A stretch of 64,000 nucleotides of DNA from NCBI RefSeq assembly GCF_009914755.1, contig NC_060938.1. One strand, written 5' to 3'. This document shows positions 55,483 to 64,000 of the stretch, piece by piece. The stretch comes from the human T2T-CHM13v2.0 reference genome, Homo sapiens. Numbering within the stretch: position 1 is the stretch's first letter; every line of letters begins with the position of its first letter. The notes below the pieces were generated by a model. That model searched no databases. It was not told the origin of the DNA and was given only the letters and a program-made list of their open reading frames with translations. The position numbers and the translations under genes were made by a program.

Positions 55483-56371
55483 AAGTGGCCCTCATTATTA
55501 AGCCATGTCTCTGCCTGTTGATTGATGTTAACTATCTGCTTATGGTCTGAGATCAGTGTGTACTGCAAATGTTTGGGAAGATATCTTCTTTCTGTGGAGG
55601 TGAAACTTAAATATCTTCTATAAAATATGCCTCGATTTCAGAAGTAGCAATTGTAGCAATGCCTGATGTGACCACTTTATTACTGCCTTAGAAGTACTTT
55701 TGTGGTTTGACTGTGGGGAGGGAACGGGTCACTGGAGATTTTGCTATCTCTCCAGGTTTCATGCTTTGGGAATCAAAGGTAGGTAACAGTTTGGAAAAAC
55801 TCTGTAGGGGCTAAAGCTTTTTCTAAAGGTTTTTACGTCTATATATACCTCTGTATGTTACTGCTTCAAGCCCAGCAACTAGCAATTTTAGTTTCACTGA
55901 AATTGTGTTTTCTTTAAATACACAAGATAATAGAATTGTAACTGGAATTTACATGTTATATATAAAGATATATTTTATTTAATCTTGTCAGAAGGGTTTT
56001 TTTTTTTTTTTTTTGGTGCTTTTAAGCTAATGTGGCATCTTTCTCTTTTCAAAGAGTGGCATCTCCAAGGAATAGCTCTGCCTGGAAGGTGTTTGTGGCT
56101 GTCCACTTAAAAGCTGAAATTAGGTCAGTGTTATTTTGTCTTGAGATAACAAAAATAAGACCCCAAGGGAGTAGTGACTTGGGATTTCATTTAAGTACTT
56201 AATTTACAGGAAAAAAAATACAGTTTCCGATACTGAATAATTATTACACTACTGAATAATTATATATTTTTTCTTCTCCCGGTGTTCTTATACTTTAGAG
56301 GCAATTTTTTTTTTTTTTTTGTAAAGATCACAAAAGGTCTGATTAGTCAAAGAATGAAAGAAATGCACTGT

Positions 56372-57225
56372 GGCTCCAAAGTCCCTTATCCAAAACCTCT
56401 GGGACAGATGTATTTTGGAATTTAAGATTTTTGTGCTGAGAATGATGGTTTCCAGCTTCATCCATGTCCCTGCAAAGGACATGAACTCATTCTTTTTTAT
56501 GGCTGCATAGTTTTCCATGGTGTATATGTGCCACATTTTCTTTATCCAGTCTATCATTCATGGGCATTTGGGTTGGTTCCAAGTCTTTGCTATTGTAAAT
56601 AGTGCTGCAATAAACATACGTGTGCATGTGTCTTTATAGCAGCATGATTTATAATCCTTGGGGTACATAGCCAGTAATGCGTCATTCCCAGCAAACTAAC
56701 ACAGGAACAGAAAACCAAACACTGCATGTTCTCATTCATAAGTGGGAGTCGAACAATGAGAACACGTGGATGCAGGGAGGGGAACATCACACACCAAGGC
56801 CTGTCGGGGAGGTGGAGGACAAGGGGAGAGAGAGCATTAGGAAATATACCTAATGCATGCGGGGCTTAAAACCTAGATAATAGGTTGATGGGTGCAGCAA
56901 AACGCCCTGGCACATGTATACCTATGTAACAAACCTGCACGTTCTGCACATGTATCCCAGAACTTAAAGTAAAATTTAAAAAAAGATTTTTTGGAGTTTA
57001 GAAAAATAATACATTTGGATTTAGCAGGGTTTAGTGCGGCACTTTTTAATCACACACACTAATATTTCTGTAGTGAAACTGAATATTCACACTGAGATAA
57101 AGACTATGAATAACTTCACATCAGTTCAGGTAAGGTTTTGCCTCCTATTAAGTCTTGATAACAAACTTTAAAAACTTAAAAAAATAAAATAAAATAAAGT
57201 TTATTTTCAAAACTTTTGAAGTTTG
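56372..57225. mobile_element. MER46C-like Tigger MITE split by an L1
   Basis: CCCTTATCCAAAACCTCTGGGACAGATG on the left; ATATTCACACT...CATCAGTTCAGGT on the right. Confidence 0.7.
56434..56982. mobile_element. L1PA (about PA7-PA8) with 5' inversion
   Basis: 56434-56679 antisense, 56680-56982 sense with 3'UTR and A tail; TSD about AAGATTTTT. Confidence 0.93.
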
Positions 57226-57324
57226 CGCGTACAGCTAGCTTGTAGGTCTGGCCTTGCTTTTCTTTAGATTATATTTCCCTTATTAGTCTTCTAAACACAT
57301 TAAATCTGTGTTTACCAACGCTGT

Positions 57325-57500
57325 AATATTTTGCCACCGTGAGGATGGTCTAGAGGCCAGCACCATCCACATCCCTTGGGAGCTGGCTAGACATGCAGAA
57401 TCACAGGTGCTACCACGAAGCTGCTGAATCACAATCTGCATTTTAATAGAATCCCCAGGTGATTCATGTGTGCGTTAAAGATCAAGAAGCATTGCTGTAG
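57325..57500. mobile_element. MER5A MITE
   Basis: ATGCAGAATC...GAATCACAATCTGCATTTTAA...CCCCAGGTGATTCATG. Confidence 0.8.
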
Positions 57501-57609
57501 TATTATATTGGCTTTAATTTAGATTCCAAGTCTTAAAGGGAAATGCTGATGGGGGGATACTTTAGTTGTTTAAATCCTGGGAAAGTGAGCCCAGATTACA
57601 CTAATATCA

Positions 57610-57930
57610 TTTATTTAATTATGTATGTATGTATTTTTTTTTTTTTTGAGACAAGATCTGACGGTATCACCCAGGCTGGAGTGCAGTGGTACAATCTTGA
57701 CTCACTGCAACCTCTGCCTTGTGGGGTTCAAGCCATCCTCCCACCTCAGCCTCCAGAGTAGCTGGGACTACAGGCATGCACCACCACACCTAGCTAATTT
57801 TTGTATTTTTTGCAGAGAGGGGGTTTTGCCATGTTGGCCAGGCTGGTCTTGAACTTGTGAGCTCAGGCCATCTGTCCACCTCAGCCCCCCAAAGTGCTGA
57901 GATTACAGGCGTGAGCCACTGCATCTGGCC
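57610..57930 (-). mobile_element. Alu (J-like)
   Basis: Full dimer; short TSD AATATCA. Confidence 0.93.
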
Positions 57931-57994
57931 GAATATCAGTTCTTTTTAATTTTTTATTCAATATTTCCTCCGTCTCTCCCTCCCACTCTTCCTA

Positions 57995-58290
57995 TTTTTT
58001 TTTTTTTTTTTGAGACAGAGTCTCGCTTTGTCGCCCAGGCTGGAGTGCAGTGGCGCAATCTTGGCTAGCTGTAACCTCTGCGTCCCAGGTTCAAGCAATT
58101 CTCTGCCTCAGCCTCCTGAGTAGCTGGGATTACAGGCGCCTGCCACCACACCCGGCTAATTTTTGCATTTTTACCAGAGATGGGATTTCACCATCTTGGC
58201 TAGGCTGGTCTTGAACTCCCCACCTGTTGATATATGTGCCTTGGCCTCCCAAAGTGCTGGGATTACAGGTGTGAGCCACTGCGCCCGGCC
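57995..58290 (-). mobile_element. AluS
   Basis: TSD CACTCTTCCT. Confidence 0.95.
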
Positions 58291-58469
58291 CACTCTTCCT
58301 TTCTCTCCTCCTTCCTTTTCTTTTTCTTTCTTTTTAAAAATAAGTCTCATAATACTTGACTTTAAATGGATCATTTAGTCTATTTATTTACATTTATTAT
58401 ATTCTTGATATATTTGGATTTCTTCTCTTTTATACTTTCTGTTTATTCTACTTTTGTTTCTTTCTCTTG

Positions 58470-58778
<309 letters not shown>

Positions 58779-59034
58779 TAGGTTGATATTTTTTTTCTCA
58801 TCCTATTCCTTCCTCTGCTAGTTTGTTATATACCCTATTTCTCTCTTTTAGCAGTAATCCTAGAAATTGTAGCATGCATACTTTATTTATAAAAGTCTAA
58901 ATTCAGTCAGTATCTTTTCTTCCTCCTAAACAATAGCTCAGAATGTTTTAACTCCCGTTTTCCTCTCTTGTGCTGTATACTATTCTTGTTGTGTGTTTAT
59001 TCTATTTTTAAAAATTATTAATCATAGATGATTT

Positions 59035-59335
59035 TTTAAAACTTATTTTTTTCAAGACAGGGTCACATTCCATAAGCCAGGCTGGAGTGCAGTGGTGCAG
59101 TCACAATGATTGCAGCCTCGACCTCCCTGGGCTCAGATGATCCTCCTACCTCAGCCTCCAGAGTAACTGGGACTACAGGCACACACCACCATGCCCAGCT
59201 AATTTTTGTATTTTTAGTAGAGACGGGGTTTCACCATGTTGGCCAGGCTGGTCTTGAACTCCTGGGCTCCAGCAATCTGCCCGCCTTGGCCTCCCAAAGT
59301 GCTGGGATTACAGGTGTGGGCCACTGCGCCCAGCC
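59035..59335 (-). mobile_element. AluJ
   Basis: Full dimer; degenerate TSD AATCAnAnATGATTT. Confidence 0.93.
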
Positions 59336-59689
59336 AATCACATATGATTTGGTTGTTTAATAGTGGTGTTTATCTACATTTATTCACATATTTGCCACAT
59401 TAGTTGCTTACTACGTATTTTTGCATTTTAGACCTTCTACTTGGAATCACCTTCTTCAACTTGGATTCTTTAGACCTTCCTTAACTGAGAGTCTCTTCAT
59501 GGCAAACTGTCTTGGATTTTGTCTAAAAATGTCTTTATTTTGCCCTTATTCTAAACTGTTACTAAACTATACATTTTGTTTTTTGTTAGTGTATCTGATT
59601 TGCTGGCTGTCATTCATTGTGCTTTATTTCTCTCTCTCTCTCTCTGTCTCTCTCTGTGTGTGTGTGTAAGGGAGAGAATTTGCTAATTA

Positions 59690-61100
59690 GTTGATTAATT
59701 TTCCACTGTGAGCTGTTCATTTTTCTTACAGCTTTGTTATGAGGATTCTTCCAGGTCTGAGTTACAGAAGGATTCTCCTAGAAAGTATTTAAGGTTGCTT
59801 CTGCTATGTGCCTGGGTTATTACCAACTGTGACTCTTCACATTAAATTTTTGGCTTCAGGGTTTTGGGACTCTAAGAGCTGTATGAACTCGCACTGCAAA
59901 CTCATATGAGTTTTCACTTATTATAGTAAATTCTCAGGTTTGATTTTTTTCTTCTTCCATCCATGGCCAAGATTTGAGACAGGCAAGTTTCCTTGCACTC
60001 CAGGAATGTAGCTTGACTTACTGTTCCTGGTGTTGGTGGTGGTGCTGCTGGAGATGAGATCCTTTTAGCCATCCTATCTTTGGCAGGCCCTGGGCTTTGT
60101 TTCACCCTGAACTCTGAACCCTGAATCCTGTGGGCAGGGCTTCTGCTAGCCCATGTGGCTCCACTCTAAATTGATGCAGGCACTCAGCTTGTTAAAGGGA
60201 GCACTGGATGGATTTCAGCAAGCTTCCTGTTCCTTATGGTTCTGTCTGGTAGGCCTTAAACCTAGGCTCAAGTACTCTGGAGTTAAACAAGTGGCCCAAG
60301 GCAAAAGCCAGCTTCAGTGCTTAACTTACTTCGCAGGGATTGTATGTATGTATGCATGTGTATGAATATATGTTATGTATACATATGTATGTTTTGTGCG
60401 TGTGTATTTCACCGTTGAGTGTTAATTACTCCCTTGTTACAACTCATTGATGCATTTAAATAAAACATTTAAAATATTTTATTCATCTCCTCTCATGGTT
60501 TTCAGCAAAAATGTAGGTCAGGGTAAATTACCAGATATATTGGACCAGCTGGATGTAGTCGCCTTTGATTTTTTTTTAGTTCTACCACCTATGTATGTAT
60601 CAATAAACAATGTATTCTTTAGTGCTTCCTTATTTTTAAACATTATGTGAATTGAATAACTTATGTAATCTTTTGCAATTTGGTTTCCCGCAACATTTCT
60701 ATATGGAGTATGGTTCGTTCATATTTACTTTATACCAATATATGAATTTCTTTAGCTATTCAACACAATTTAACTATTCAGATTCCACTGTTGATGGACT
60801 TTTGGATTCTTTCCAATTTTTGCTATTGGAGTTTTCCAGTTTTGCTGCTAAGAACACTCTCGTACATGTCTTCTGGTGCATTGTCCAGGATTTTCTCTAG
60901 AATATATTCCTGGGGGTAGAATTGATGATTCATTGAGTAAGCATGTGTTGTACCTTACTAGGTAATTACAAATGGCTTTCCAAAGTAGTTGTAACAAATT
61001 ATGCTTCCATTAGCGGTACACAAGAGTTTCTGTGGCTCCATGTCCTTACCAATTCTTAGTATTGTCAGGTTTCTTAATTCTTGCCTATTAGGTGGGTGGA
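59690..61100 (-). mobile_element. Old HAL1/L1ME fragments
   Basis: Degenerate antisense L1 motifs, e.g. TTCCAAAGTAGTTGTAACAAATT and GAACACTCTCGTACATGTC. Confidence 0.5.
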
Positions 61101-61778
61101 CTTAATACTTCTTAGTTTAGTTGTTATAACTTGTTTTTTAAAATTAACATATCTATGTGCATATTCGTAGTCATACATGTTTGTCTGGTCATTTAGGTAC
61201 TTATGCAATACTCTAGTAGACTCAGAATAGAAATTAGCCATGGCAACATATATATTACATTCTTCATATTGCTACATTTGAAAATAATCATAATTATTTG
61301 CAGAAATATGAACAGAACATATAGAATTAAATGTTTTCACGATGTCTTGTATTATCTTTCATGTTTCATAGCAATCTCTGTGTTATAGGCCACATCAACT
61401 GCTTTTGCATTGTTCTGACTTACAGGAATTGCAGATTTATTGTTCTCAGTGCCATATTTAAGTTCCTTCTCTGTAACAATCAGGTGTAATACTTGTAAAT
61501 TTTTTTAACCTTAGTACAAATTTAAAAAGCAGAAATTTCTCTTGCAGCTTCCTGTGTTTCAGGCCCAGTGCTAAGCACATGGCAAGCATTGTCCCATTTA
61601 GTTCTCTCCACCATGCTTCGGGCAGGTGCTGTTGTTAAGCCCCTTTCATGGAGGAGTGAACTAAAGCATGGAGAGGTTAAGGGTCTTGATCAAGGTCCCA
61701 CAATCTTATTCTCAATGGACCTTCTCCTTCTCTAATCTAAAACCCTCATTTTATTTTGGGAAGTGGATGTAGGTCTAG

Positions 61779-62104
<326 letters not shown>

Positions 62105-62359
62105 GTTTGTGTTTTATATTAGGAGGCAGAGAGCACTTAGGGGAAGCAGAAGCTCTGGTCTGAGGAGGCAGTGGTTTACTTATTAGTTCACAGGCCTTTT
62201 AGGTAATCACTGGTCCTTCACTTAATTAAGCAACTTAATATATGTCTTACGGATTAAGTTAATTTTAAATCAATGCTAATTTTTATGTCAAAATATATTA
62301 AGCAGCATCACATTAAAGTCAAAGGTAGTCTTGTAATTATTAGAGCAATAGGTATCGTG

Positions 62360-62525
62360 CTGTCGTTCTCCAATGTGGCTGCACATTGGACAACCTGAGG
62401 AGCTTTAAAAAATACTGCTGCCTGGGGATCACTCCCATAAGCTCTGATTTATCTCGTCTGGGGCACCAGGAGTTTTAAAATTTCTCCAGGTGATCTAATG
62501 TGTAGCCAAGCTTGAAGATTACTCG
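62360..62525. mobile_element. MER5-family MITE
   Basis: GGCTGCACATTGG...GAGCTTTAAAAAATACTG...CCAGGTGATCTAATGTG. Confidence 0.75.
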
Positions 62526-62549
62526 ATAGTCATTGATTATGTGCGTGCC

Positions 62550-63345
62550 ACATTCAGATTGGTGGGGTTCAAATCCTCCTTCTGCCACTCACTAGATGTG
62601 TGGCCTTAGTTAAGTTTTGTTAACGTTTCTTTATGTCTTCATCTGTAAAATGGGGATGAATGATAAAAATACTGTCTGCATCTCAGAGCATTGTTATGAG
62701 GATTAAAGGGGTACAGTAAGTCCTTATTTAACGTTGTCTATAGGTTATTGGAAACTGCAACTTTTAAGTGAAACGATGTATAACAAAACCGGTATTACCA
62801 TAGATTAATTGACATAAATGAGAGTTAAGTTCCTGCAGCATATTTTTGGTCCTAAAAGTATTATCAGACTTCTACATAAAGACCAAAACATTTCTAATAT
62901 TAAACACTGAGAGAAATCTAGGTTATACATACATTTAAGAAAGATTAATTCAATCATTTACTCAATTATTCGACTCCAGAATAGTGGGTGGTCCGAGCCT
63001 GTCCTGGCAGCTCAGGGTGCAAGGTGGGACCAGCCAAGGACAGGACACCATCCCATCACAGGGCACACTCACGCTCATCCACACTCACACTGGGACCACT
63101 TAGACATGCCAGTTCACCTAATGGGCACAGCTTTGGGAAGTGGAGAATGTGAAGAAAATCCATGCAGATGTGGTGAGAACATGCAACCTCCACACAGACA
63201 ATGGCCTTGGCTGGAATAAATTTTTTTTTCTCACAAATTTTATAATGAAACAATGTTACTGTAGGACCTGCTGTATAATATATACATATTAATAAAATGC
63301 TTGGAATAGTGACTGGCACAAAATAGTCCTTTACTGTGAGCTATT
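62550..63345 (+). mobile_element. MIR split by MER6A
   Basis: CATCTGTAAAATGGGGATG...TTATGAGGATTAAA, resuming as TAAAATGCTTGGAATAGTGACTGGCAC. Confidence 0.75.
62714..63273. mobile_element. MER6A Tigger-family MITE
   Basis: CAGTAAGTCCT...AGGACCTGCTG inverted termini, TA on both sides. Confidence 0.88.
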
Positions 63346-63690
63346 TTAAGTAGACTAAGAAAAAATTATTACTATTATTGGATATTCTCTCAAAAGTATC
63401 TTGGGGGCTAAGATTTTAAATTAAATCAAATTTTGCCTAGTACTAAGCCCACTTTGGTGTTTTCTTGGCTTTGTTTAATTTTTTTCTCCATGGTTTTATT
63501 TAAAAGTTATTTCTAATCACCCTGTCAACTTAGCAGATATCTGTTGGAATCATTTAAGGTGTTTGTTTCCAAAAGACTGCAGAAATTAAATCAAGATATT
63601 TGCAGAGGAATGACTGACAGCTTGCAGGTAGACTGGAGAAAGTGCTTCCTACCATAACAGACAGAAAAAATGGTAGTACAAGAGTCAGCA

Positions 63691-63993
63691 TTTCTTATTT
63701 ATTTTTCTATGAGGCAGGGTCTCGCTCTGCCGCTCAGACTGGAATGCAGTGGTGTGATCATAGCGCACTGCAGCCTCAAACTTCTAGACTCAAGGGATCT
63801 CCTGCCTCAGCTTCCTGAGTAGCTGGGACTATAGGTGCTTGCCACCATACCTAGCTGATTTTTTGTAGGGGTGGGTAGAGACAGGGTCTAGCTCTGTTGC
63901 TCAGGCTGGTCTTGAACTCCTGGCCTCAAGCAATTCTCTTGCCTTGACCTCCCAAAATGTTGGGATTACAGACATGAGCCACCATGCCTGGCC
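63691..63993 (-). mobile_element. AluJ
   Basis: CATAGCGCACTGCAGCCTC and TGTTGCTCAGG diagnostics. Confidence 0.93.
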
Positions 63994-64000
63994 AATTGAG

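Overview
Primate (great-ape/human-type) non-coding genomic DNA; about half is interspersed repeat. It contains about 20 Alus (AluJ/S/Y), L1 fragments from old L1M/HAL1 types to a young L1PA2-like copy, L2/MIR, solo LTRs (ERV1 MER4-group, LTR12, MST/MLT1, MLT2), TcMar-Tigger and hAT MITEs, microsatellites and one Y1 RNA retrocopy. I recognise no protein-coding exon. The ORFs I can place are Alu, L1 or simple-repeat read-throughs, and the rest look like chance ORFs. Alus (16 of 20) and most L1 sequence lie on the minus strand, which suggests, by inference only, an intron of a long plus-strand gene. The best leads are: (i) a composite Y1-RNA/L1/Alu retroposon enclosed by one target-site duplication (TSD) inside a MIR; (ii) a repeat-poor kilobase with five AP-1 sites and a CTCF-like motif; (iii) several isolated exon-like or recursive splice signals; (iv) L1 insertions showing twin-priming and internal-deletion scars; and (v) deeply nested transposon stacks. 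I found no convincing novel multi-gene system. Subfamily names come from remembered consensus sequences and need RepeatMasker/Dfam confirmation.
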